Below, piece after piece: positions 19,259 through 28,273 of a DNA stretch of 64,000 bases. The translations under genes and the position numbers were made by a program. The DNA is from Alphaproteobacteria bacterium (lineage in GTDB: Bacteria > Pseudomonadota > Alphaproteobacteria > UBA828), in the NCBI GenBank assembly GCA_965214705.1, contig CBDCCI010000002.1:2496001-2560000 (forward strand). The letters run 5' to 3'. The number at the start of each line of letters is the position of its first letter. Position 1 is the stretch's first letter. The notes below the pieces were generated by a model. That model searched no databases. It was not told the origin of the DNA and saw only the letters and a list, made by a program, of their open reading frames with translations.

Positions 19259-20227
19259 GTGATGGACGACTGGATTGCCCGCAAGGACCTGATCGAGGCG
19301 CCGCGCCTGAAGGCGCTGTCGCGACGCTCGGACCTCCTGGGCTGGCTCCAGACCCTGAGCCAGCTTGGCGCCGCGGGGCTCACCGGCTACGCGATCCATG
19401 CGCTGTGGGGCAGCTGGTGGGTGGCACCGCTATTCGTGGCTCAGGGCGTGATCCTCTGGGGCTTCTGCTACGCGGGCCAGCACGAGCTCGGGCATTGGAC
19501 GGTCTTCCGCAACCGGACCCTCAACGACGCCTTCGGCCACCTGGCGAGCTTCCCCCGCTTCTATGCCCACAACTATCAGCGCTTCTTCCATTTCGCTCAT
19601 CACCGCCACACCAAGGTCGCCGGTCACGACCCGGAACTCTTGGTCCAAAAGCCGTGGACGTTCTGGCGCTATCTCAAATTTATGGCCGGCTTGGCCCTCT
19701 GGATTGCCCTGATACGCAACGTCGTGGAGCACGCCTTCGGCCATGCACCCGAGCCCTTTCTCCGGGAGAAGGAGCGGCGCATCGTCATCCGCGAAGCGCG
19801 GCTCTACCTGCTCGGCTATGCGGCGGTCGTCGCGCTCTCGGTCTACTTCGAGAGCTGGGCTGCGCTGATCTGCGTGTGGGGACCGATGATCGTCACCACG
19901 TGCTTCTATCGCTTCTACGTCGCAGCCGAGCACCACGGCCTGCCCAACGGGCAGGGCGTGATCGGCAGCACGCGAACGACCCGCGCCGGGCCGATCCTGC
20001 GCTGGCTGATGTGGCAGATGCCCTACCACACCGAGCATCACCTTTTCCCCGGCGTGCCCTTTCACAAGCTGGGTGCGCTGAATCGGGAGCTGCGCGAGCG
20101 GCCGGACTCCAAGCTCGCCGGTATCAACGACATCGCGCCCGGCTATATCGCCGTGAATCTCAAGCTCCTCGCCATGCTCTGGCGCGGCGAAGACCCCACC
20201 TTCCTGGCCGAAGCGGCGCGGGCGTAG
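19259..20227 (+). CDS. Membrane fatty-acid desaturase-like di-iron enzyme (MocD-like)
   Basis: His boxes HELGH, HFAHHRH, HTEHH; transmembrane segments. Confidence 0.88.
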   Translation: MMDDWIARKDLIEAPRLKALSRRSDLLGWLQTLSQLGAAGLTGYAIHALWGSWWVAPLFVAQGVILWGFCYAGQHELGHWTVFRNRTLNDAFGHLASFPRFYAHNYQRFFHFAHHRHTKVAGHDPELLVQKPWTFWRYLKFMAGLALWIALIRNVVEHAFGHAPEPFLREKERRIVIREARLYLLGYAAVVALSVYFESWAALICVWGPMIVTTCFYRFYVAAEHHGLPNGQGVIGSTRTTRAGPILRWLMWQMPYHTEHHLFPGVPFHKLGALNRELRERPDSKLAGINDIAPGYIAVNLKLLAMLWRGEDPTFLAEAARA

Positions 20228-20249
20228 CGAGCGGAAGGGAGGTCTCCTC

Positions 20250-21206
20250 GTGAGCGGAACCGACGCGGCGGTCGGCGTGCGCACTATCCACGCACGCCAT
20301 CAGCACATGACCTGGGACAACGCCTGCGAGCCGGCGGCCACGGTCGCGCCGGGCGAGACCGTCGCCTTCGCGGAGGTCGATGCGGTGTGCGGGCAGCTCG
20401 CCCCAGATTCCACCCCGGAGGCGGTCGCCAATCTCGATTTCGACCGGGTCAACCCCATCGCCGGGCCCATCTACATCGACGGGGCCGAGCCCGGTGACAC
20501 CATCAAGGCGACCCTGGTGGATCTCACGGCCTCGGGCTGGGCGTGGACGGCGATCGTTCCGGGCTTCGGCCTGCTGGCCGAGGACTTCCCGGAGCCATCG
20601 CTCAACATCTGGTCCTACGACACGAGCTTTCGCGAGCCCGCCGCCTACTCCGGCATCGCGCGCGTGCCGCTCAAGCCCTTCTGCGGCACCATCGGCCTCG
20701 CGCGCGCCGAGCCCGGCGGCTTCAGCACCGTGCCGCCCTACGAGAGCGGCGGCAACATGGACATCCGCGACCTCACCATCGGCGTCGATCTCTATCTGCC
20801 GGTGCAGGTGCCGGGCGGGCTCTTTTCCATCGGCGACCCGCACTGCGCCCAGGGAGACGGCGAGGTCTGCGGCACGGCGATCGAATCGCCGATGGCACCG
20901 GTCGTCTGCCTCGACCTGATCAAGGGCGAGGGACTTCTCTTCCCCCGCTTCGAGACGCCGGGCCCGGTCTCGCGCCATCTCGACGCCAAGGGCTACGAGG
21001 TCACCACGGGGATCGGCCCGGACCTGATGGAGGCGGCGCAGAACGCGGTGCGCGGCATGATCGACCGGCTCGGCGCCTCGCGCGGCCTGGCGGCGGATGA
21101 GGCCTACATGCTGTGCAGCGTCTGCGCAGACCTGCGCATCAGCGAGATCGTCGACCGGCCCAACTGGGTGGTTTCCTGCTATCTGCCGCGCATCGTCTTC
21201 GAGTAA
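20250..21206 (+). CDS. Acetamidase/formamidase family protein
   Basis: GPIYIDGAEPGD, GGNMD, GDPHCAQGDGEVCGTAIE. Confidence 0.93.
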   Translation: MSGTDAAVGVRTIHARHQHMTWDNACEPAATVAPGETVAFAEVDAVCGQLAPDSTPEAVANLDFDRVNPIAGPIYIDGAEPGDTIKATLVDLTASGWAWTAIVPGFGLLAEDFPEPSLNIWSYDTSFREPAAYSGIARVPLKPFCGTIGLARAEPGGFSTVPPYESGGNMDIRDLTIGVDLYLPVQVPGGLFSIGDPHCAQGDGEVCGTAIESPMAPVVCLDLIKGEGLLFPRFETPGPVSRHLDAKGYEVTTGIGPDLMEAAQNAVRGMIDRLGASRGLAADEAYMLCSVCADLRISEIVDRPNWVVSCYLPRIVFE

Positions 21207-21250
21207 CGGTGTCCAGCACGGCCAGAGGTTTCAGCGAAGGGAGGACTACG

Positions 21251-21655
21251 ATGAAGGTGGACGGCGCCTGCTTCTGCGGGCAGATCACCTACGAAGCGGA
21301 ACTCAACACAGACCGAATCGTCATCTGCAACTGCACGGATTGTCAGTCGCTCTCCGGCTCGGCATTCCGCACGGTCGCATTCACGCAGGAGGATGCGTTC
21401 ACCCTGCTCACCGGCGAGATCAAGGTCTACGTTAAGATCGCGGACAGCGGAAACCGGCGCCAGCAGGGCTTCTGCGGGACCTGCGGCTCGCCCATCTATG
21501 CGACCTCGGACCCGGCCGGGCCCTTCTACGGTCTCCGTGTCGGCACCATCAAGCAGCGCGATCAACTGGTGCCGAAGGTCCACATCTACAACCGCTCCAA
21601 GCAGCACTGGCTCGACCAGATCCCGTCGCTCCCCACCATCGAAGAAATGCCGTAG
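21251..21655 (+). CDS. GFA (CENP-V) family Zn protein
   Basis: GACFCG, CNCTDCQ, FCGTCGS. Confidence 0.92.
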   Translation: MKVDGACFCGQITYEAELNTDRIVICNCTDCQSLSGSAFRTVAFTQEDAFTLLTGEIKVYVKIADSGNRRQQGFCGTCGSPIYATSDPAGPFYGLRVGTIKQRDQLVPKVHIYNRSKQHWLDQIPSLPTIEEMP

Positions 21656-21768
21656 GGGAAACCCTGTGCGGAACCTCTCTCGCCCACTCTGGTGCGCCGT
21701 GGGATAAGACCCAATCGATGGCGCCTTCGTTCGAGGGCAGCGCCTCAGCAACGCAAAGGGAAACAAGC

Positions 21769-22131
21769 ATGATCGGCTATATCACCGTAGGCACCAACGA
21801 CATGGAGCGCGCGGCGACGTTCTGGGACGCGCTGCTGGCCGACTTGGGCGCCAAGCGCGCGTTGGAATCGGACCGCTACGTCGGCTGGTCCGACGGCAAA
21901 GGCGCCATGTTCATGATCATCAAGCCCGCCGACGGCAACGACGCGCAGCCCGGCAACGGCACCATGACCGCCTTCGATGTCGGCAGCAACGACAGGGTCG
22001 ATGCGCTCTACGCCAAGGCCATCTCGCTCGGCGCCACCGACGAGGGCGAGCCGGGCCCCCGTGCGGGCACGTTCTACGGCGGCTACTTCCGCGACCTGGA
22101 CGGCAACAAGCACGTCTTCTTCAACACGTGA
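21769..22131 (+). CDS. VOC/glyoxalase family protein
   Basis: MIGYITVGTND..GNGTM..GATDEGEPGPR..YFRDLDGNK. Confidence 0.92.
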   Translation: MIGYITVGTNDMERAATFWDALLADLGAKRALESDRYVGWSDGKGAMFMIIKPADGNDAQPGNGTMTAFDVGSNDRVDALYAKAISLGATDEGEPGPRAGTFYGGYFRDLDGNKHVFFNT

Positions 22132-22185
22132 TCGCCTGCCGTGCCAGTGTAGAAACCTCTTTGATGAGACAGCGAACCGAATCTC

Positions 22186-23562
22186 TCAGCGGGTGAAGCG
22201 CTTGTCGATCACCGTGAGCGAGGCGTCCAGCGCGTCGGCTGCGGTGTCGATCTCCTCCTGGGTGATCGTGAACGGCGGGCCGACCTTGATCGTGTTGGGC
22301 GAGAAGCCGCCCATAAAGACGCCGCGCTTCGCGTTCTCGGCCGCGACGATGACGTTGGGATGCGTGCCGAGATCGCCGGTAAACGGCGAGTAGCGGTCCT
22401 CGGGCACGATGGGCTCGCCATTCTTATCGACGAGATCGAGCGTGTAGAAGAGCCCGCGCCCCGACACGCGGCCGACGCAGGGATGCCCCTCCTTCAGCGC
22501 GTCGAGCCGGTCCTTGAGGTAGGCGCCGCGCTGGCGCACCTGCTGCATGATGTCGTTGGCGAGCATGTATTCGAGATTGCCGACGATGGTGGCGCAGATC
22601 AGCGGATGACCGTCCCAGGTGCTGCCGGTCCACCAGCGGGCCTTCTCGAAGAAGTCGGCGATGGGCGCGCTCGCAATTACGGCGCCGACCGGCAGCGCAG
22701 AGCCGTTGATGCCCTTGCCGGCGGCCATCAGGTCCGGCTTCACGCCGGGCCAGTGCATGTAGCCGAACCACTCGCCGAGCCGCCCGAAGCCCGTGATCAC
22801 CTCGTCGTCGATCCAGAGGAAGCCGTACTTGTCACAGAGCGCGCGGAGCCCCGGCAGGTAGTCCGTGTGCGGCAGGGTGCCGCCCGCGCCGAACATCGGC
22901 TCGCTGATCACCGCCGCGATGTTCTCCGGCCCCACCGCGCGGACGATGTGCTCCGTTGCCTCCAGAGACGGCAGCCGCCCGTTGGCCTGCCAGTCCTCGT
23001 GCTCCGGCGGCGGGATCGGGATGTAGCCGTGGGGCGGCCAACCCGGCACGTCGGCGACGTCGGCGAAGCCGTCGTCGGTCGAGATGTTGTTGCGGTAACC
23101 ACGCATCATGGTCGCGCCCACGGTCATACCATGGAAGGAGTGGGCCTGGGTCAGGATGACGCTGCGCCCGGTGTAGAGCCGCGCCATGGTGATGCAGCTC
23201 TCCGTCGCCTCGGTGCCAGACGGCAGGACGCGCAGCCTTCCGGCCCAGCCCTCCTGTCCCAGGATGTCCTCGATCACCAGCTTCGCCGCCCGCGCGCGAT
23301 ACTCGTTCGCCATCGTGTAGGTGACGTGGCCATAGCGCTCCATGGCCTCGGCCAGCGCGCCGTGGATCGCCGGATGCCGGTGCCCCAGGTTGTCGGAGAT
23401 AAGCTGGCTCATGAAGTCGAGCAGCCGCGTACCGTCGGCAAGCGTGAGATAGTTGCCGTCGGTGCTGTCGACCGCCGTGATGCTGAGCTCGTCCTCAGCC
23501 TGGAGGCCGTGCAGGTAGTAGGCCCGGTCCCAACGCTCGAGCTCGTTCCAATCGCGTGTCAT
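22186..23562 (-). CDS. Class III aminotransferase (taurine/omega-amine-type)
   Basis: SGTEA, SFHG, DEVITGFGRLG, PDLMAAGKG (PLP Lys). Confidence 0.92.
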   Translation of the reverse strand: MTRDWNELERWDRAYYLHGLQAEDELSITAVDSTDGNYLTLADGTRLLDFMSQLISDNLGHRHPAIHGALAEAMERYGHVTYTMANEYRARAAKLVIEDILGQEGWAGRLRVLPSGTEATESCITMARLYTGRSVILTQAHSFHGMTVGATMMRGYRNNISTDDGFADVADVPGWPPHGYIPIPPPEHEDWQANGRLPSLEATEHIVRAVGPENIAAVISEPMFGAGGTLPHTDYLPGLRALCDKYGFLWIDDEVITGFGRLGEWFGYMHWPGVKPDLMAAGKGINGSALPVGAVIASAPIADFFEKARWWTGSTWDGHPLICATIVGNLEYMLANDIMQQVRQRGAYLKDRLDALKEGHPCVGRVSGRGLFYTLDLVDKNGEPIVPEDRYSPFTGDLGTHPNVIVAAENAKRGVFMGGFSPNTIKVGPPFTITQEEIDTAADALDASLTVIDKRFTR

Positions 23563-23724
23563 GACGCCCTCCCCAGCCGGTCACGGAACGCGCTCAGGTT
23601 AGCCTACCCGCGTGGATCGCCCTACCCGCCCCAATCCGGCCACCGGTTTGACCGCAGAGGCCTGCTGCCTATCATGCGCGCCGTCCGGGCGCGGCCCGCA
23701 GCAAAGCAATGGGGAGATCAAGGA

Positions 23725-24780
23725 ATGGCGAAGGGTAAGGCGGTCGTCGTTGGCGGCCTCGGTATGATCGGGCGCAACATCATCCAGGCTCTCGAGGCCG
23801 AAGGCGGGTGGGAGATCGTCGGGCTGTCGCGGCGGCCTGCGAATTTCGAGACCAAGGCCACCTTCATCTCCGTCGACTTGCTGGATAACGCCGGCGCCAA
23901 GGAGAAGCTCTCGGGCCTCACCGATGTCACCCACATCTTCTTCGCCGGGCTTTCCGGCGGCCTCGAGGCCGAGAACGTGGACGACAACCTCGCGCTCGTG
24001 GCCAACTCCGCCGGCGTGATCGAGCCGATCTCGCCCGTCTTGGACCGCGTGATCCTGGTCCAGGGCGGCAAGTACTACGGCGTCCACCTCGGCCTGCACA
24101 AGACGCCGTCGAAGGAGACCGATCCGCGCACCCTTCCGCCCAACTTTTATTACGCCCAGCAGGACTTCCTCGCCGACCTGCAGAAGGGGAAATCGTGGAA
24201 TTACACCTGCCTGCGCCCCGAGGCGGTGATCGGCCATGCCGAGGGCATCCCGCTCAACACCGCATCGCTCGTCGCGGTCTATGCCTGCGTGTGCAAGGCG
24301 ATGGACGTGCCGCTCAACTTTCCGGGACCGGAAGCGGGCTTCACGGCCTACAACAAGTTCGTCGATGCCAGGCTGCTCGGGCGCTGCGCCGCATGGGCCG
24401 CTCAGAATCCCGCCTGCGCCGGCGAGGCCTTCAACGTGACCAACGTCTCCGGCATGCGCTGGTGCAACCTGTGGCCGGCCTTCACCGAGTATTTCGGCTG
24501 CCGGCCGGGCACGGTGACGCCGATGAGCCTCGCCGACTTCATGGGAGACATGGGCCCGGTCTGGGACGACATCGCCCGCGACCACCAGCTCAAGCCGATG
24601 GCCTACTCCGACCTCGGCGACTGGAGCTTCGCCGACTGGAACTTCGGCCGCACCTGGGACACCATCCTGGAAGACACAAAGCGCCTGCAGTACGGCTTCA
24701 CCGAAGCCATCGACACCGAGCAGAACTTCCTCGAGATCTTCGACGACATGCGCGCCGCGCGGGTGATCCCGGCGGGCTGA
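23725..24780 (+). CDS. Atypical SDR, PRISE (progesterone 5-beta-reductase/iridoid synthase-like) family
   Basis: GGLGMIG, GLSRR, GGKYYG, PPNFYYAQQD, GEAFNV. Confidence 0.85.
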   Translation: MAKGKAVVVGGLGMIGRNIIQALEAEGGWEIVGLSRRPANFETKATFISVDLLDNAGAKEKLSGLTDVTHIFFAGLSGGLEAENVDDNLALVANSAGVIEPISPVLDRVILVQGGKYYGVHLGLHKTPSKETDPRTLPPNFYYAQQDFLADLQKGKSWNYTCLRPEAVIGHAEGIPLNTASLVAVYACVCKAMDVPLNFPGPEAGFTAYNKFVDARLLGRCAAWAAQNPACAGEAFNVTNVSGMRWCNLWPAFTEYFGCRPGTVTPMSLADFMGDMGPVWDDIARDHQLKPMAYSDLGDWSFADWNFGRTWDTILEDTKRLQYGFTEAIDTEQNFLEIFDDMRAARVIPAG

Positions 24781-24808
24781 AGGATGGCATAGGCACGGGC
24801 CGGGGCCA

Positions 24809-24838
24809 CCCCTCCTTACCCCGACCCTCTCCTCCCCA
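24809..24838. repeat. REP-like palindromic element, left part (interrupted by IS5)
   Basis: CCCCTCCTTACCCCGACCCTCTCCTCCCCA; pairs with GGGAGGAGAGGG at 26012-26023 once the IS is removed. Confidence 0.75.
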
Positions 24839-26007
24839 GGATTCCTCTGCGAAATCGGCTCAGCGGGATGTTTTGGGAAGGTTTTGGCATTGGGCGGTGT
24901 TGATGGAGGCGCGTGTGCCGCCGTCGTTGGACGATCTTGTGTCTGAAACGGCGGTTTGCGGGCGCACTGGTCGGTCAGCAGCCCGCAATCAGGCTGGCGC
25001 GGCGCAGGTTGTAGGCGGTGGCAGCGGCGTAGAGGCGGGCGGTGTTCCTCTCGAACACGCAACTCCTGGCTCGCCTCAGCCCGTAGAGGCGCTTCAGCGC
25101 CGAAAAGACCGCTTCCACCGGCGCCCGGCGCCTCGCAATGAGATCGTTGCGGCGCTGCTGCCAGGGCGGCAGCGAGGCCATGTGTTTGTTGCGCCGGTGC
25201 ATGATGCGGTCCTTGATGCCGGCAGCCCTGAGCCTCGCCCGTCTCGGCTTGCTTTCGTAGGCGCGATCGCCATAGACCGCCCCCTCGTCGCCGCAGATCA
25301 GCCGATCGGCCACCTCGCTCTCGTAAGTCTTGGCCGAGCTCAGCGCCACGCGCCGGATCAGCCCGGAGCCTTGGTCGACCCCCAGATGCGCCTTGTAGCC
25401 GAAGAAGCCGCGGCCCTTCTTCCGCGTCCAGCCCGCGCCCGGCTCCCGTGGGTGCCCAGCACCTGCGCCCGCCTTGTAGGGCGGAGGCCGCGAGGCCGAG
25501 GCCACCAGCGTCGCGTCCATCAGCGTGCCCTTACGCAGGATCAGGCCGGCGGCGTCCAGCTGGCGGTTGATCTCCTCGAACGCCGCCTCCAGAACCGCGC
25601 CCGCGTCCGCGCGAAAGCGGCAGATCGTGGTCTCGTCCGGCGTGCCCCCATCCAGCGCAAAGCCGCAGAAACGCCGGAACGACAGACGATCCAGCAGCGT
25701 CTCCTCCAGGCCGGGGTCCGAAAGGTCGTAAAGCGCCTGAAGATAGAGCGCCTTCAGCATCGCCAAAGGCGCATACGGCGGACGACCCCGCCGCCCCTCG
25801 CGCACGCGCGCGGCCAGACGCTCGAGAGGAGCCCAGTCGATCAAGGCGTCCAGACGCTCCAGCTTCCGGTTCGACCCCAGCCCCGGAGACATGAATGCTT
25901 CTGCAAATCCCAGCTGACCCGTGCCGCTCATCGACTCGACCTCCCCATCGCTGCAGCAACGAATCACATGCCAACCAATCCGCAAACCCACTTTCGCAGA
26001 GGAATCC
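24839..26007 (-). mobile_element. IS5-family insertion sequence (1169 bp)
   Basis: Perfect 16-bp TIR GGATTCCTCTGCGAAA (24839-24854 and 25992-26007); 4-bp TSD CCCA (24835-24838 and 26008-26011). Confidence 0.95.
24975..25931 (-). CDS. IS5-family DDE transposase
   Basis: GRPPY, SDPGLE, DRLSFRRFCG, PDETTICRFR, MDAT, GYKAH, YGDRAY, RAPVEAVF. Confidence 0.95.
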   Translation of the reverse strand: MSGTGQLGFAEAFMSPGLGSNRKLERLDALIDWAPLERLAARVREGRRGRPPYAPLAMLKALYLQALYDLSDPGLEETLLDRLSFRRFCGFALDGGTPDETTICRFRADAGAVLEAAFEEINRQLDAAGLILRKGTLMDATLVASASRPPPYKAGAGAGHPREPGAGWTRKKGRGFFGYKAHLGVDQGSGLIRRVALSSAKTYESEVADRLICGDEGAVYGDRAYESKPRRARLRAAGIKDRIMHRRNKHMASLPPWQQRRNDLIARRRAPVEAVFSALKRLYGLRRARSCVFERNTARLYAAATAYNLRRASLIAGC

Positions 26008-26011
26008 CCCA

Positions 26012-26176
26012 GGGAGGAGAGGGAGAACGGGTGGCGCAGCCTACGTTCCCCCCTCCGCCCTCCCGGGCCGTAGGCCCGGACGGCGCGACTGCGCCGCGCG
26101 CGAATGCGCGTAGCCAAGCGAGCGGAGCGAGCGCCCGGCGCTTGAGGGAAATGAATAAGTTGGGTGGGGAGGGGGT
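26012..26176. repeat. REP/MITE-like element, right part
   Basis: GGGAGGAGAGGGAGA..GTTCCCCCCTCC resembles 50558-50607; ends GGGTGGGGAGGGGG, loosely inverted to the left end. Confidence 0.6.
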
Positions 26177-27054
26177 CAGCCGCGGAAGCGGGGCTCCGGC
26201 AGGCCACGGCAGCCCGTGCCGGTGACGGCGAAGATGCTGCCGGCTTCCTCCTGCTTCGCCAGCACCTCGTCGCTCAGGTTCACGCGGGCGCCGGTGACGT
26301 AGAGCACGTCGAGGTCCGCACCGCCGAACATCGGGCAGGTCACCTGCTGGAACGGCATCTCGATCGTGCGGTCCAGCGTGCCGTCCGGCGCGAAGCGGGC
26401 GACGCACCAGCCGTTCCAGCGCGCGTTCCAGAGGTAGCCCTCGGCGTCGACGGTGGAGCCGTCTGGGATGCCCGGCGCGCTGCCGGGTCCGACGAAGACA
26501 CGCTTGTTGGAGATCGCGCCGGTGGCAGTGTCGAGGTCGTAGGCCCAGATCACGTCCTGGTCGAGATCGGCGTAGTACATGGTCTCGCCCTTGGGGCTGA
26601 AGGCGATCGAGTTGGAGACGACGATGCCGGTCTCGGTCTTGTGCAGGCTGAGGTCGTGGTCGAGCCGGTAGAGCGAGCCGAGCGGACGGCCGACCATTCC
26701 ATCGTCCATGCTGCCGGCCCAGAAGCGGCCCTGCCGGTCGCAGCGGCCGTCGTTCATGCGGCTCTCGGGCTGGTCGGTCTCCACCTCGTGGATGGTCTCG
26801 ACCGCGCCGGTCTCGGGATCGAAGAAGCGGAAGCCGCCGTAGAAGGCGACCACCATGCCGCCCTGCTCGCGCAGTACCAGCGAGCCGGGCTGCTCGTCCA
26901 CCGGCACCTGCTTGTGCTCGCCCGTGCCCGGCGTGAACCAGCTGATCGACTGGCCCTTGATGTCGAGCCAGTAGAGGCGCTGGTCGACGGGGCACCAGAC
27001 CGGACTCTCGCCGAGCTGGTCCCGGCAATCGACCACGCATGCGACCTCGGCCAT
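26176..27054 (-). CDS. SMP-30/gluconolactonase/LRE family protein
   Basis: LGESPVW, RMNDGRCD, SNSIAFSP, PDGSTVDAEG, FGG. Confidence 0.93.
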   Translation of the reverse strand: MAEVACVVDCRDQLGESPVWCPVDQRLYWLDIKGQSISWFTPGTGEHKQVPVDEQPGSLVLREQGGMVVAFYGGFRFFDPETGAVETIHEVETDQPESRMNDGRCDRQGRFWAGSMDDGMVGRPLGSLYRLDHDLSLHKTETGIVVSNSIAFSPKGETMYYADLDQDVIWAYDLDTATGAISNKRVFVGPGSAPGIPDGSTVDAEGYLWNARWNGWCVARFAPDGTLDRTIEMPFQQVTCPMFGGADLDVLYVTGARVNLSDEVLAKQEEAGSIFAVTGTGCRGLPEPRFRG

Positions 27055-27128
27055 CGTTCTCGCTCCCGCTGAGTTGCCGCCCGGACGGTGCGGCTGGGCT
27101 GTCGCATCGCGGCGGCGACAGGCCGGGC

Positions 27129-27203
27129 TGGTGGGCGCTGCTGGATTTGAACCAGCGACCCCCGCCGTGTGAAGACGGTGCTCTCCCGCTGAGCTAAGCG
27201 CCC
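27129..27203 (-). tRNA. tRNA-Val (anticodon CAC)
   Basis: Cloverleaf: acceptor GGGCGCT/AGCGCCC, anticodon arm CCGTC-TTCACAC-GGCGG, T-loop TTCAAAT, encoded CCA end. Confidence 0.97.
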
Positions 27204-27215
27204 GCCCGGCAGGCG

Positions 27216-27244
27216 ATTAGAAGAATCGCGCCCGCCCCTGTCAA
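27216..27244 (-). promoter_or_regulatory. Sigma70 promoter of tRNA-Val
   Basis: Minus strand TTGACA-17 nt-TCTAAT followed by a GC-rich discriminator. Confidence 0.7.
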
Positions 27245-27268
27245 GGCGCCACGACGCGTTTGCGCACT

Positions 27269-28270
27269 CTAATCGTAGAGCACGATGCAGCGCACCTCGA
27301 TGCTCCAGCGATCGGGCGCGTCGGGCGCCGTCGTCGGGTCCTCGAAGGCGGTGTGGAAGCTGAAGGTGCAGGGCGCGTCAGGGCTCGCCGCGTCCGCCGC
27401 CGCGCCCTCGGAGCGCGCCATGCCCCCCGCCGAATCCCACTGCTTGATCAGCAATGCTTCGTCGCGGGTGAGCGCGGGATAGAAGTACCAGCGATGGGCG
27501 TCGGCGTGCTTCGCAAAGTAGTTTTCGCCGATGCGGTCCGCGTAGTGGATCTCGAACACCACCAGATCGTGAGGATGCACGCTGGCCGCATCGCAGAGCG
27601 CGAGCGGATGGGTCGCGACCGGCTCCTCGGCGATGTTCCGCCAGACATTGATGAGCGCAAACCGGCCCGAATCGAGGGCATGCGCAACATCCGCCTTGTC
27701 GAGCAGCGTCTCGCCGTCGGCCATCAGCGTGCGGTAGGTGTCGTTGACGGTCGGCGGATTCGATAGGTCGCGCAGGCGCTGCGGGCCGCTGGTCAGCGTG
27801 TAATCGCCGTGCACCACGTGCGCAGGCCGCTGCACGTGCTGCCCGCCCGCGATGCGCTGCCCGCTCAGCTTGCCGGAGGCCGAGCGCACGTTGTGGTCGA
27901 AGGCCTTGACGATGCGCGCGCCGGTGTGCTCCCGGACGATATCGGCACAGTGCGGGTAGTAGCGGCGCACCACCTGCTCGTGATCGAGAAAGTCGAGGGC
28001 GGGCGCCGCCAGCGTCCGTTCGAGCATTTCAAAGCCATTGGCCTCGAGGGTGCGGCGCTCGGGCCCCGCGAGGCCGCGCGCGTCGTGAATTAACACTTGC
28101 CGCTTGTCCCGCTCGGTGCCCTCCCACGGGGTGTCATTGCCTTCGCTATCCCTGCGCACGAGCACCTTGCCGTTGCGGTAGAGCGAGGTCTCGACCGATG
28201 CCGCAAGGTAGGTCACCGCCCCGGTTCGCACCGCGTCGGTCTGTGCTTGTTTCGCCACGTTCATGAGCAT
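27269..28270 (-). CDS. CmcJ/NvfI-family Fe(II)/2OG-type oxidoreductase
   Basis: FDHNVR, VHGDYT, INVWR, PLALCD, WYFYP, HTAFEDP, RWSIEVR. Confidence 0.85.
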   Translation of the reverse strand: MLMNVAKQAQTDAVRTGAVTYLAASVETSLYRNGKVLVRRDSEGNDTPWEGTERDKRQVLIHDARGLAGPERRTLEANGFEMLERTLAAPALDFLDHEQVVRRYYPHCADIVREHTGARIVKAFDHNVRSASGKLSGQRIAGGQHVQRPAHVVHGDYTLTSGPQRLRDLSNPPTVNDTYRTLMADGETLLDKADVAHALDSGRFALINVWRNIAEEPVATHPLALCDAASVHPHDLVVFEIHYADRIGENYFAKHADAHRWYFYPALTRDEALLIKQWDSAGGMARSEGAAADAASPDAPCTFSFHTAFEDPTTAPDAPDRWSIEVRCIVLYD

Positions 28271-28273
28271 TCC

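Noticed and set aside
22360-23724. N-terminal extensions in the ORF track (806-aa ORF; similarly 560-2020, 5411-7123, 28274-30121, 30384-32555, 56849-58195)
   Set aside because: The extensions overlap other real genes. Downstream starts with an SD or stop-start coupling fit family lengths, so these are not fusions.
27129-27160. tRNA-Val as an island integration site
   Set aside because: No duplicated tRNA 3' end and no integrase were seen in the window.
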